From the NCBI GenBank assembly GCA_965222155.1, contig CBDCTH010000012.1, forward strand, positions 1,632,001 to 1,696,000: a DNA stretch of 64,000 bases. The letters run 5' to 3'. Each line of letters starts with the position of its first letter. The stretch's first letter is position 1. Under the pieces are notes generated by a model. The model did not search any database and was not told the DNA's origin. It saw only the letters and a program-made list of their open reading frames with translations. This document shows positions 1 through 9,847 of this stretch, piece after piece. A program made the position numbers and the translations under genes. The stretch comes from Gammaproteobacteria bacterium. GTDB lineage: Bacteria; Pseudomonadota; Gammaproteobacteria; Eutrophobiales; Eutrophobiaceae.

Positions 1-2
1 GC

Positions 3-605
3 GCAGTTGATCTGAAGCATGAGTTTCGTAATTCCGTCATCAACCTGGGCTTCTTTTACGGCGGCTGTGCGTTATTCATCATCATTGCCGGGGGATTTGC
101 CCTGTATCCCCTTGCCCATCATGCAGAGATCGATTCAGTCCATGAAGCCGGCAGAATATTGCTGCGGGCCTTTCCCCAGGGATTTGAATTTCTTGGCCCG
201 GTAATATTTTCTGCCGGAATGGTTATAGCAGGCCTCACCACGTTTGTCGTCACGGTAGAAGTCATCAGCTATTTCATTCTCGATATGTTCGGCTTTGCCT
301 GGCACCATACCAGGGAAAACAGGCGCTTCAGGAGGACGGTGACGGTCTGTATTATCCTGCCCGCACTGCTGGCGCCGCTATGGACCTTCCCTGCCCTGTT
401 CAAACTGCTGCTGCTGATGTGCATCAATGCAATCGTGGTGCCACTGGTTTACATTGCAGTGCTCATACTGGTGAACAAGAAATCCGTCATGGGAGAACAT
501 ACCAGTAGTTTGCCGAGGAATATTATACTGCTGGCGGCCCTCATACTGTCGGTTACCTTATCGGCGCTCAAACTGCCTGAGTTCGTACAGGCATTGCTTG
601 GGTAA
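3..605 (+). CDS. NRAMP/divalent-metal-transporter-like membrane protein, 5'-truncated by the window edge
   Basis: Frame is open from position 3 (AVDLKHEFRNSVINLGFFYGG...) into ORF 159-605. It has multiple TM helices and a C-terminal LILVNKKSVMGEH motif typical of NRAMP-family C-termini. Confidence 0.6.
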   Translation, partial: AVDLKHEFRNSVINLGFFYGGCALFIIIAGGFALYPLAHHAEIDSVHEAGRILLRAFPQGFEFLGPVIFSAGMVIAGLTTFVVTVEVISYFILDMFGFAWHHTRENRRFRRTVTVCIILPALLAPLWTFPALFKLLLLMCINAIVVPLVYIAVLILVNKKSVMGEHTSSLPRNIILLAALILSVTLSALKLPEFVQALLG

Positions 606-732
606 TCTTCCAATTACATTGGATGAGGCCCCCGGCTTGTCTCGCAGATGCTCCGACTACCGGGGCCTGTGGCATTAATGGTAAGATACATGCTTGTGAT
701 TAATACTTAATAGAAACATTACACCGAAGAAT

Positions 733-1917
733 ATGACGCTGAATTTGAGTAAAAACGTAGAAGCATTCGATAGCTGGATACGCTCTTCATTCGTTGAGAT
801 GAATACCGAACTGGAGGAAATTTATTTCGCCCGGGAAGATCGTCAGGCCGTAACCGGTGTCGGTGACTCTATCAAGGTAAAACTGGTAGAAGAAGGACGG
901 AGTTGCATCATCCCATTATTAAAAGAAGGCAATACGGATGAAGGGTTTGACAGGCAATATAACCTGCTTGGTTGCGTCGGTTTTTATATGGCGGCCTGCC
1001 GCCGGCACGATATTACCGAACCATCACGGGAGACCAGTTCTCCCCTGGTTGAGGCGTCAGCGCTTTCCTTGCACCTGGCAACCACGCTGGGCGTTACCCC
1101 GCGCTTTGCCACCAGTCACATGGCGACCTTCAATCCGGCAAAAGATGGTGTTTACCGCTCGTTTACTTCTTTGAACGATGAGTTCCTGTTTCTGGATTAC
1201 AACACGCTGGGGATCTTTGCTTACCAGCGCGCGGCAGATGCGTTGAGGCGTATCTTGCCTATGGGGATATCCCATCCCCTGGCAGGCCATTTGTTTCATC
1301 TTGCAAAAACGGCTTTGGAAGACGTTATCAGGTTTAACGATTGCCTGTTTTCAGAATTGGATACCGATCGTTTTTTCAATTGCGTGCGTCCATATTACAA
1401 ACCCTATCGGGTCGGGCCCAACGTCTATCGCGGCGCAAACGCAGGCGACTTTGCCGGTATAAACGTAATTGACCTGTTGCTGGGTTTGTGCAGTGCGGAT
1501 AATCCGTCCTATTCACAGGTACTGGTCGACAAGTTTCTGTTTATGCTGCCTGAGGAGCAGGCGTTATTACGGGATTGCATGCGGCGCAAGAGCTTTATGG
1601 ACCAGTTCCTGGAAGAACCGGATGGGAACCGTGAAAAGGACTGGTTTCAAAACAATGTGAAAGCGTATCTGGAGGTTGTCGGCCTGCACGGTAAAGGCGC
1701 GGCTTCTCATCATGACAAGCTGGTAAAGAAGTTTATCGAGAAACCCGCTTCCCTGTTACCTGAGGAAGGATTGAGCAATATTACCGCCAGTGGGCCGCCC
1801 TTGCCTGTCCTGCTGGATGCGCTGGAGAAATTACGCGATCTCAGACTGGCTGCAAACCGTGATGACATCCCTAGCCGCTATCATGACCTGCAGAAACTGA
1901 AATCCTGCCTGGAATAA
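733..1917 (+). CDS. PrnB/DUF1864 family protein (heme-dependent tryptophan/indoleamine dioxygenase superfamily)
   Basis: 394 aa with FDSWIRSSFVEMNTELE, VRPYYKPYRVG...YRGANAGDFAGINVIDLLLG and TASGPPL motifs. Confidence 0.75.
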   Translation: MTLNLSKNVEAFDSWIRSSFVEMNTELEEIYFAREDRQAVTGVGDSIKVKLVEEGRSCIIPLLKEGNTDEGFDRQYNLLGCVGFYMAACRRHDITEPSRETSSPLVEASALSLHLATTLGVTPRFATSHMATFNPAKDGVYRSFTSLNDEFLFLDYNTLGIFAYQRAADALRRILPMGISHPLAGHLFHLAKTALEDVIRFNDCLFSELDTDRFFNCVRPYYKPYRVGPNVYRGANAGDFAGINVIDLLLGLCSADNPSYSQVLVDKFLFMLPEEQALLRDCMRRKSFMDQFLEEPDGNREKDWFQNNVKAYLEVVGLHGKGAASHHDKLVKKFIEKPASLLPEEGLSNITASGPPLPVLLDALEKLRDLRLAANRDDIPSRYHDLQKLKSCLE

Positions 1918-1958
1918 ATTAGCTGTTCATGCCGTTATTCCGGCACTGGCCGGGTAAG

Positions 1959-3458
1959 CTATAGCGCAGGGTTCTTGTATTCGGTCCTGTGCAACAACAG
2001 AGAACCGCCAACCGCAATGCCGAGGTTAATCACCAGTCCGTAGAGTCCGGGATGGAACCCCCATACCTTGCCGGCGTGGACAAATTCAAACGGTCCGAAT
2101 GCGAGCGCCAGTGAAATAACCAGCCCTGCAACAAGACCGATGACTACCGGACCTGCCCGTAACTTACTCCAGCGGATACTTAACATGAATGCAGGCGCCA
2201 ACTGGACAAGCAGGTCGAATTTCCTATCGATCAGGCTGATTAGCGAGGCCTTATCCTTCAGCATGATGGCCAGCCAGGTCAGGAACACGATCAGCGCCCA
2301 CGAACAGAGTTTCCCGATCCTGGTCAATTCAGCCTGGGATGCGTTGCTGCGAAAATACCCGGCATAAATATCCTTGGTTATCATGGATGAGATGGTGAGC
2401 AGGGCTGAATCGGCCGTGGACATCATGGCGGAAATGATTGCCGCGAACAATATGACCACCAGCCAGTAACCGAAGACCGAGTCCTCCTGAAGCAGGCGGA
2501 AAATACGCGTCAGGACTTGATCGGTCTGGACCCCGTCCAACCCCGGTACGTGGGCGATAGCATAAATACCTGCTATCAAGGCAATCAGGGTTGCAAAAAC
2601 CTGCAGGATGGCCATGCCGGCCAGGCTGTGTCGCAATACCTTGCCTGACCTGGATGCATAGATCCGTTGTATCGCCTGTGGATACAATGCGCCTCCCATG
2701 CCGACGAGCAGGGTATAACTCAACCATTCCCTCATCCTGTTGGCATCGGGCAGGATCACTTTATTGACATCGGGCGAGTTCAATATGCTGTTTGTGGTAA
2801 CTGACAAGGGGCCGAACATAATGAGCAAAGACGCTATCAATAATAAAAAACCGATGAATAACACGGTCCCCTGTACCACGTCCGTCCATGCCACGGCGCG
2901 CAGACCGCCGAGGGTCCCGTATACCACCATGATCAGGGCCAGTACGATTACGCCGCTCGTGTATGCAATATCAGGATTTCCTCCTGCCATCCCCTGCAAT
3001 GCCCGTCCCATGGCCATTAACTGCGCCAGGAGAAAATTGCTGAGGGATACAATCATGACGAGCGCGGCCAGAAGGTTTAGTGTGTTTGACCGGAATCGGT
3101 GTGAGAGATAATCCACCGGTGTAATAAACCCGTGGCGTCTGGATAATGTGCGCAAGCGCAAGGCATAAACGAGATAAAATACAACGATGGCCAGCATGAA
3201 ATAAGTGGACATGATCCAGGAAAAACCAATCCTATAGGCCATACCTGTGAAGGCAAAGAACACATTGCCGCTGTATTGTGTCGCGTACAGCGTTAATAAC
3301 AGGACAAGAAACCCAAACCCGGGTCCGGCCAGGTAAAAGTCATTGAGTGTATTCTCTGTGCGGGAACGGTATCCATACCAGCCGAACAACAACAGTGAAC
3401 CGATATAGAGAAAGATAACCGTCCAGGCGCCGGCGCCGAACGGAAGCAGTTCAAACAT
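1959..3458 (-). CDS. Sodium:solute symporter (PutP/PanF family)
   Basis: 499 aa, about 13 TM helices; GGLRAVAWTDVVQ and SAMMSTADSALL motifs. Confidence 0.9.
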   Translation of the reverse strand: MFELLPFGAGAWTVIFLYIGSLLLFGWYGYRSRTENTLNDFYLAGPGFGFLVLLLTLYATQYSGNVFFAFTGMAYRIGFSWIMSTYFMLAIVVFYLVYALRLRTLSRRHGFITPVDYLSHRFRSNTLNLLAALVMIVSLSNFLLAQLMAMGRALQGMAGGNPDIAYTSGVIVLALIMVVYGTLGGLRAVAWTDVVQGTVLFIGFLLLIASLLIMFGPLSVTTNSILNSPDVNKVILPDANRMREWLSYTLLVGMGGALYPQAIQRIYASRSGKVLRHSLAGMAILQVFATLIALIAGIYAIAHVPGLDGVQTDQVLTRIFRLLQEDSVFGYWLVVILFAAIISAMMSTADSALLTISSMITKDIYAGYFRSNASQAELTRIGKLCSWALIVFLTWLAIMLKDKASLISLIDRKFDLLVQLAPAFMLSIRWSKLRAGPVVIGLVAGLVISLALAFGPFEFVHAGKVWGFHPGLYGLVINLGIAVGGSLLLHRTEYKNPAL

Positions 3459-3676
3459 CAGGGATCATCATCCGAAAATTCAAACAAATACAGCCACGCG
3501 GTAAACAATGCCCCGATGAGTGCTGCGAGAAGGGAGATGAATGCCCACAGCGGAAATCCATAGATTATCATTGTGAGATCCGGGGGGAGATACCAGGGAA
3601 TACCGACAGCTGTCAGTAGTACATAAACAGCCGGGATCAGGTACGGGTTGTTTTTCAATGGACTCTTGTTTTTCAA
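3458..3676 (-). CDS. Small 2-TM membrane protein, SSS accessory subunit type
   Basis: 72 aa with IPWY...GFPLW; overlaps the symporter start by 1 nt. Confidence 0.7.
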   Translation of the reverse strand: MKNKSPLKNNPYLIPAVYVLLTAVGIPWYLPPDLTMIIYGFPLWAFISLLAALIGALFTAWLYLFEFSDDDP

Positions 3677-3735
3677 CTGGCGGAGACTTGCCGTTTTCAG
3701 GTCATGCTATGAACTGGCCAAAAGATTGGAAATGC

Positions 3736-4002
3736 TTATCTCAGTTGACTGCCCTTGCTGCCCCGGCGATTATAACCACTGAACTGCTCCTGTGCCTGGT
3801 CCTGCTCGGACTGGCAGATGACGCACAAACGCACGCCCGGGATGGTGGCCCGGCGCGCCTCAGGTATATCGTTCCCGCACTCTTCACATTCACTGAGGCT
3901 TACCCCCTGCGGTAAGCGGCTCCGGGCGCTCGCTACCGCATCCTCGATTGTCGCATCGATCTGGTCCTGGACTGCCCCGTCTTTGGTAAAACCGCCGGCC
4001 AT
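3736..4002 (-). CDS. DksA/TraR family C4 zinc-finger protein (YbiI-like)
   Basis: MAGGF...AVQDQIDATIEDAV, CEECG...RLCVICQ and C-terminal NRRGSKGSQLR. Confidence 0.9.
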   Translation of the reverse strand: MAGGFTKDGAVQDQIDATIEDAVASARSRLPQGVSLSECEECGNDIPEARRATIPGVRLCVICQSEQDQAQEQFSGYNRRGSKGSQLR

Positions 4003-4176
4003 AGGGTTAACCTCGAGATTGACTGTTGCCGATGAGCATTATTTAACCATGAAACAGCGAATTTGTCCTTCCGGGAACGGCTCATATAGTGAGTCGTTTC
4101 ATATAATCCGTTCGAATTCATCAAGCGCCAGTAGCCTGAGGTAATGCCCTTGGCCAGACACATCAGATCTACCTGA

Positions 4177-6243
4177 TCAATTCCAAAGATGTCGACTTTG
4201 GGCAGTACTTACCTGGCTGCTAGGGGTAAGAGTTACCAGAGTGCTATGTACACTGGTGCTCTCTGCCATATCCGTTTTTTGTCCGATGTGCAGTACATTC
4301 ACGTTTTTGTGATCCTTTTCGTTCTTTGGCCACCTGCCCTTGTAAGACACCAGTACGCCCGGTACTGAAATTTCATCTATGGTTGCAGTCAGGTTCAGAT
4401 CGCCGTTTTCATTGCTCAAATTAACCGTAGCGCCGTTCCCGATATTAAGCCGCTTGGCGTCTTCAGGATGGATATATACCCCGGCTTCACCGGCATTGCG
4501 GGCGAGTTTGGGATCATTGGCATAGGAATCGTTCAACCTGTAGTCAGACGCCGGCGTGATCAGACGCAACTGTCCTCCATTTTGACCCTTGTCCACTATT
4601 GCCTGTGGAATCCGGGGCAACCCCTGGCTTTCCGCGGCGTCAGAGGCCAGTTCTATTTTGCCGCTTACCGTCGGAAACTGCAGATCAGTCCAGGGAATGA
4701 TCGGCTCGGCGCTGATCGACTGCCAGCCTCTCTGTTGAAATTCCCTAAAGCCATCACTCACTCCCATTTGCTCCAGCATGCCGGCAAGCAACTCTTCGTC
4801 GGTTTCAAACAATTCTTTTTCCGTGTAACCCATGCCTTTAGCCAGACGCCGGAAGATTTCCTGGTTGGGCAATGATTCTCCCATGGGCTCCCTGGCCTTG
4901 GACTGTACGCCGATATTCAGGTGGAAATAACTGAACGTCAGGTCGTCAAATTCCAGAAAACCGGCAGCCGGTAACACAATATCGGCATAATCCGCCGAAT
5001 CTGTCTGGAAGCAGTCAATCACCACCGTAAACAGCTCCGCCCTCTCCAGGGCCTTGCGCAACCTGGTCTGGTTGGGGGCTGATGCAACCGGATTGGTGTT
5101 CCACACAAGCAGGGACTTGAACCGGTCCGGGTCCGACAGTTGCTCCGCAAAATCCATGTGGCTGATTGATACCGGCTCGGCAGTGGCAAGCTGCGCGCCG
5201 GCCATCGCATCAAAGTCCAGGCCGGCAATGGCCGGGGTGTAGGTGACATAGCTGAAACCCGCGCCGGCTTTACCAATATTTCCCGTGAATGCCGGTAACA
5301 ACCCTACTGCGCGCATGCAGTTGCCGCCGTTTAACTGGCGCTGAAACCCCTGTCCCAGCCATAACAGCGAGGGCCCCGTGGCGTAACATCTTGCCGCTTC
5401 TTCTATCAGCACAGCCGGGACACCGGCTACCTGCTCTCCCCATTCCGGCGTACAGTTTTTGATTACGGGCAACAGCTCATCACTTCCCACCGTGTGCTGC
5501 CTGATAAATTCGTCAGCGAACAAGCCTTCCCGTTGCATCACGTGCAGCAGGCTGTAAGCCAGGGCTGCATCCGTGCCGGGATAAAGCTGCAAATGAATAT
5601 CAGCGGCCCGGGCGGTATTCGTGCGCAACGGGTCCACCACAATCTTTTTGGCGCCGGCTGCGGCAAACCAGTGTTTATGGCTGTGGGGACCCGAATGGGA
5701 CGGATTGGCGCCCCAGATAAGAACACAGTTTGAATCCTTGATGGTGCGGGGATCAAAACCCACGTGTGATTCCCCGTATAACAGCGACAATGCGGCATGG
5801 CCCGCCGCATTACATATACTGTCCGGGGCGACTTCAGCTGCGCCCAGTTTCAGAAAAAACCGCATTGGGAACAACAGTGCGATCAGTGACAAGGTCCCGG
5901 AATAATGCGTATGCAGGATCGATTCGCGACCGTGATTGGCAACATCGTATTTTAACCTGTGGCTAATGGTATCGATTGCCTCTTCCCAACTGATGCGTTC
6001 AAACTGCCCCCTACCCTTTTTACCAATACGCCTCAGCGGGTACAGCAGCCGTTCAGTTTCGTCCTGCCAGACACCGTTATAGGCAATAGCGCACTTGTTG
6101 CATAGCCGGCCGCGGGAAACCGGGTGCGCTTCATCTCCCATTACCCTACTGATTCGGCCGTTTATCTTCTCAATACTGATCCCGCAACCGTCGTAACAGT
6201 CACGGGGGCAATTGCTTTTTATGATTTCAATATTTTCAGCCAT
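4177..6243 (-). CDS. Molybdopterin-dependent oxidoreductase (DMSO reductase family)
   Basis: CPRDCYDGC...GRLCNK Fe-S motif, TDSADYADIVLPAA and a C-terminal molydop_binding domain. Start chosen at MAENIE. Confidence 0.9.
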   Translation of the reverse strand: MAENIEIIKSNCPRDCYDGCGISIEKINGRISRVMGDEAHPVSRGRLCNKCAIAYNGVWQDETERLLYPLRRIGKKGRGQFERISWEEAIDTISHRLKYDVANHGRESILHTHYSGTLSLIALLFPMRFFLKLGAAEVAPDSICNAAGHAALSLLYGESHVGFDPRTIKDSNCVLIWGANPSHSGPHSHKHWFAAAGAKKIVVDPLRTNTARAADIHLQLYPGTDAALAYSLLHVMQREGLFADEFIRQHTVGSDELLPVIKNCTPEWGEQVAGVPAVLIEEAARCYATGPSLLWLGQGFQRQLNGGNCMRAVGLLPAFTGNIGKAGAGFSYVTYTPAIAGLDFDAMAGAQLATAEPVSISHMDFAEQLSDPDRFKSLLVWNTNPVASAPNQTRLRKALERAELFTVVIDCFQTDSADYADIVLPAAGFLEFDDLTFSYFHLNIGVQSKAREPMGESLPNQEIFRRLAKGMGYTEKELFETDEELLAGMLEQMGVSDGFREFQQRGWQSISAEPIIPWTDLQFPTVSGKIELASDAAESQGLPRIPQAIVDKGQNGGQLRLITPASDYRLNDSYANDPKLARNAGEAGVYIHPEDAKRLNIGNGATVNLSNENGDLNLTATIDEISVPGVLVSYKGRWPKNEKDHKNVNVLHIGQKTDMAESTSVHSTLVTLTPSSQVSTAQSRHLWN

Positions 6244-6309
6244 GGTTTTTCCTGTACCTCCCGATATCATTGTGCCAGCCACAACCCCAGTATAAACGGA
6301 AACGCCGCC

Positions 6310-6441
6310 GCCAGTACCTCCACCCTGCCCTACTTCAAAGTGATCACCCGTTCGTTTACGCGCCAGCGCGGCCTGGCTCTGGGCATTGCCAACTCCGGGA
6401 CCGGCGTGGCCAGTTCGTGCTACCCTATCTTGCCTTCATGA
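6310..6441 (+). pseudogene. Internal fragment of an MFS transporter
   Basis: Translates to STLPYFKVITRSFTRQRGLALGIANSGTGVAS, resembling the MFS 'F.++RGLA.G....G' segment. There is no start or remainder. Confidence 0.55.
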
Positions 6442-6488
6442 TCCCCATTACCCGCCTGGTCCATGCCGGCGAACTGAACGACAGACTC

Positions 6489-6516
6489 TTGACGCTGTAA
6501 CACGACATGTTACAAT
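6489..6516 (+). promoter_or_regulatory. Sigma70 promoter with overlapping palindromic operator (probable HigA autorepression site)
   Basis: TTGACG-16 nt-TACAAT. A perfect IR TGTAACA-N5-TGTTACA lies at 6496-6514. Confidence 0.65.
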
Positions 6517-6533
6517 ATGATTAGGGATGCGTA

Positions 6534-6810
6534 ATGATTAAGAGCTTTCGGCACAAAGGTCTTGCTGAATTGTTTGAGCGGGGTCGTAGCCGCCATATAC
6601 AACGGAGCTTGCAGGGCGCGCTGTTTACGACGGTTGGAAGTTCTCGATCAAGCTGAATCTTTGGTTGAAATGAATGTTCCAGGATTCAATTTCCATGGTC
6701 TTCGTGGAACCGAGACGCGTTACAGCATTCATGTTAATGGTCCTTGGTGCATTACATTTGCGTGGCAAGCAGGTGAGGTATTGCGAGTCGACCTTGAACA
6801 ATATCATTAA
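6534..6810 (+). pseudogene. higB: HigB (RelE-family) toxin with a +1 frameshift
   Basis: MIKSFRHKGLAELFERG... starts at 6534 and ARCLRRLEVLD...YSIHVNGPWCITF...DLEQYH continues in the next frame. The span is 277 nt (3n+1), with an extra G near 6614-6616. Confidence 0.8.
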
Positions 6811-6819
6811 GGAGGAGAA

Positions 6820-7131
6820 ATGACTGAATACACTGTCAAACGTCCGTTAAAGCGCCAGTCGATTCATCCGGGTGAAATCCTGCGTGAAGATGTTCTGCCA
6901 GCGCTTGGTTTATCGGTCAGTGAGATGTCCCGGCGGTTGGGCGTTTCGCGCCAGCAGGTGCATCGGGTCCTGGCTTGTACCCATCCCATCACGGTAGAAA
7001 TGGCGCTGAGGGTCGGCAAACTGGTTGGCAATGGCCCGGGGCTCTGGTTGAGGCTGCAACAGAATTACGACCTGTTGCGCGTGGAGCAGGGCTTAAGTAG
7101 CGAACTGGAAAAAATAAAGCCGATGCGCTGA
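6820..7131 (+). CDS. higA: HigA antitoxin (HTH)
   Basis: IHPGEILREDVL...ITVEMALRVG...WLRLQQNYDL; AGGAG RBS. Confidence 0.9.
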   Translation: MTEYTVKRPLKRQSIHPGEILREDVLPALGLSVSEMSRRLGVSRQQVHRVLACTHPITVEMALRVGKLVGNGPGLWLRLQQNYDLLRVEQGLSSELEKIKPMR

Positions 7132-7201
7132 CTGTGCTTCCTCTATTGATTGCAACACCGGGTTCGGTTATCTACAAGCAGTCCACCAGCGCCAGTAATG
7201 A

Positions 7202-7579
7202 TCACCATTTACAAGCAGTCCACCAGCGATAGTAATGGCTACTGTTAGCGGAACCAAGGGCCCCACTACTCCATTGTCCAGGCGTGAATGTAGAGATCAC
7301 GTCATCGCCATGATTGACAACGATTCTCACCTTCACCGGGTGCTCACACTCGTTGTTGACCGTGAACACACGGGGCTTATAGCAGTTCGTGACACGCGGA
7401 TGAGCGCAATGTCTGGCGTCACCAGTGAATTCGCCACCATCCAACTCAAGGTTAAAACAATCGGGGGCGGCATAGAACTGCGCCCTGGAACATTCGGCGA
7501 GACTCGCCTGTGTTAACAGGCACGACACGACGAACGCGGTCGCTATTGCAACGAGACGGGAGGGTTGAATCATAGCCAT
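7202..7579 (-). CDS. Small secreted Cys-rich hypothetical protein
   Basis: GGAGG RBS, signal peptide ending ASLA, six Cys in the mature part. Confidence 0.65.
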   Translation of the reverse strand: MAMIQPSRLVAIATAFVVSCLLTQASLAECSRAQFYAAPDCFNLELDGGEFTGDARHCAHPRVTNCYKPRVFTVNNECEHPVKVRIVVNHGDDVISTFTPGQWSSGALGSANSSHYYRWWTACKW

Positions 7580-7681
7580 CGTAATTACCTCCTGGCAGTT
7601 ATCTTGAACACGAATTGTCTAATAAAATCAAGTACATTATAACCCATCCTGCACAGCTTGTCAAAGACAAGGCCAGTGACT

Positions 7682-7880
7682 TTATGCAATAGCTTCGACG
7701 CCGAAGGTCATCTCGAGTTCGCGCAACCAGCGGCGATAGGCGACCACAGTCTTGTCAGGACGCATACTCAATTCGGCACTCGGGTCCAGCGGCAGGCATT
7801 TTGGCCGTTGGGATTCCACAATGGGTTTATCGTGGGCAAAGATCGAATCCTGCCAGTCAATCAGAACTTGCTCCGCTGTG
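7682..7880 (-). pseudogene. C-terminal remnant of a Rieske oxygenase alpha subunit (VanA/NdmA-like)
   Basis: Minus-strand translation EQVLIDWQDSIFAHDKPIVESQRPKCLPLDPSAELSMRPDKTVVAYRRWLRELEMTFG...stop. The N-terminal part is absent. Confidence 0.7.
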
Positions 7881-7915
7881 ACTCCTGACTATTGACGCCG
7901 GCAAAATATGTACGA

Positions 7916-9565
7916 TCACCTCGCATCGTCTGCTGCATAAACGCTCCGTCCTTCGAAAACCGTTCTCAACACACGCACCTCACTGATATCCTCTGTGGGA
8001 ATGCCAAACAGGTTGCGGTCCAATACAATGAAATTCGCGTATTTACCCGCTTGCAATGATCCGCTTGACCCTTCCCAGCCCGCGGCGAAAGCGCCATTGA
8101 GGGTCATGGCCCGTAAGGCCACCGGCAAATCAATCGATTCATCTCCCCGGTCCAGCATACCCTCCAGGGCCGGGAACAGGTTCGGTGTCGGTGTAACCAC
8201 CCAGTCAGTACCGACCGTCAAGCGCGCTCCGTGCTCGTGCAACGTCCTGAATTCCCAGGCATCACGCGGTGGATCGCCGAGCAGGCGGCCGTATAAATGC
8301 CACACCGACGGCGACATCTCAGCTATGGTGTTGAGTTCGACAAACCTGGGCATATCCGCCGGCGTCACGAGATTCGTGTGTCCCAGTTCGTGCCTGATTT
8401 TTGAATCCGGGTTGGCTTTTCGAGCCGCCCCGATGGCATCCAGCGCGGCGCGGGCTGCCCCGTCACCAGCGACGTGCAGCTTTACCTTCAAACCCATACG
8501 ATCGAAGCGCACGACCGTATCGTTCAACACTGCAGGTGGAAAAAGCAGGCGTCCGGCCTCGATTTGATCGTTGCCGGCAATCACATCGGACTGTGTGAAG
8601 TATGGCGGCGTGGGCGATCCGTCCACCCAGATTTTGATGAAATCCACGTCAACGTGCTCGGACGCATAGCCTTTGCGCTGCTCAATAAGTTCTTCAAGCC
8701 CGCTATTACTCATTCCCCCGAACTTGGGACTGCCCCAGATCAGGTGGGCCGCGACCCGCAACGTTAATGCGCCTTCAGCTTCCAGGGCGGCGAGCGTCTG
8801 CAACGTGGGCAGGTGTGCGGATGCGTCCTGAACCGACGTAATGCCGTATTGATTGTTGACGGCGACCGCCCAGCGTAACGCGGCCAGGTTTTGCTCTGCC
8901 TGCATTACAGGCAGATAAGGTTCCGCCAGTTCCGTCGCGGTTTCGACCAGTTCTCCCGTGAGGTCGCCTGCTTCATCTCTGGGGATCTCCCCGCCGTAGG
9001 GCGCCACCGTGTTCCTGTCGATACCGGCCATTGCCAACGCTTTGGAGTTCAATAACGCATGGTGGAACGTTCCCTCCCGCAGGTAGACCGGCGTATCGGG
9101 AAAGACTTTATCAAGGTGCGATCTATGGGGTTTATTATCCGGGAACTGGTCAAAGCGAAACAGGCCGGCGACCAGCCATTCATCTTTCGAACGTCCCGCC
9201 GCACATCCCTGGAGTGTCGCCAGTATATCGTCCAGGCTTACATCCGGGGAGAACTGGCAGCCGTAATTCAGTTGCAGACCGGCCCACAACAAGTGTGTAT
9301 GCGCATCATGAATACCCGGCATAACCATGCGTCCCTGCAAGTCGATGACCCGGGTCATGGCGCCGACATATTCTGTTACTGTGTCATCACCACCGACGTA
9401 AATCAGCCGACTGCCCTTTATGGCCAGGGCCTGCGCCCAGGGCTTGCTGTGGTCCACGGTATAAATCCGACCATTGTGGAACACGCTATCGGCTGTTTCC
9501 GCGGAAACCTGGATTAACGATAGTGACCAGACCGCTGCAATTGTGAAATACAATATTCTATTCAT
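7916..9565 (-). CDS. Secreted amidohydrolase (amidohydrolase_3/YtcJ-like)
   Basis: Signal peptide; MPGIHDAHTH, IKIWVDG, LHVAGD and GTDW motifs. Confidence 0.9.
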   Translation of the reverse strand: MNRILYFTIAAVWSLSLIQVSAETADSVFHNGRIYTVDHSKPWAQALAIKGSRLIYVGGDDTVTEYVGAMTRVIDLQGRMVMPGIHDAHTHLLWAGLQLNYGCQFSPDVSLDDILATLQGCAAGRSKDEWLVAGLFRFDQFPDNKPHRSHLDKVFPDTPVYLREGTFHHALLNSKALAMAGIDRNTVAPYGGEIPRDEAGDLTGELVETATELAEPYLPVMQAEQNLAALRWAVAVNNQYGITSVQDASAHLPTLQTLAALEAEGALTLRVAAHLIWGSPKFGGMSNSGLEELIEQRKGYASEHVDVDFIKIWVDGSPTPPYFTQSDVIAGNDQIEAGRLLFPPAVLNDTVVRFDRMGLKVKLHVAGDGAARAALDAIGAARKANPDSKIRHELGHTNLVTPADMPRFVELNTIAEMSPSVWHLYGRLLGDPPRDAWEFRTLHEHGARLTVGTDWVVTPTPNLFPALEGMLDRGDESIDLPVALRAMTLNGAFAAGWEGSSGSLQAGKYANFIVLDRNLFGIPTEDISEVRVLRTVFEGRSVYAADDAR

Positions 9566-9847
9566 CGATAGTCTCCCACACTATCCAAACGTGACAATTT
9601 CGGATTTCCTGACTGTTACTCATGGGTTTTTTATAAAATGCTGCGCCTGCAAGCCTGTTCTTTCTGGCCCGCGTCCACTACAGTATAGTACCAGGCTTGC
9701 AAATATCGAGGTTCACTCGTAAATTTAACAGGTGGCAGAAGATCTCCAATGGTCTGAAGCTGTCAGAAATAGTATTGGCCAGGCGAGAGAATAAATAAAA
9801 TACCCCAAAATTCCTATATTCATTGCGTACACCCTGTACGCCACCCT

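Noticed and set aside
7168-7237. DGR template/variable repeat pair
   Set aside because: Only about 30 bp, mismatches are not confined to adenines, and no reverse transcriptase is present.
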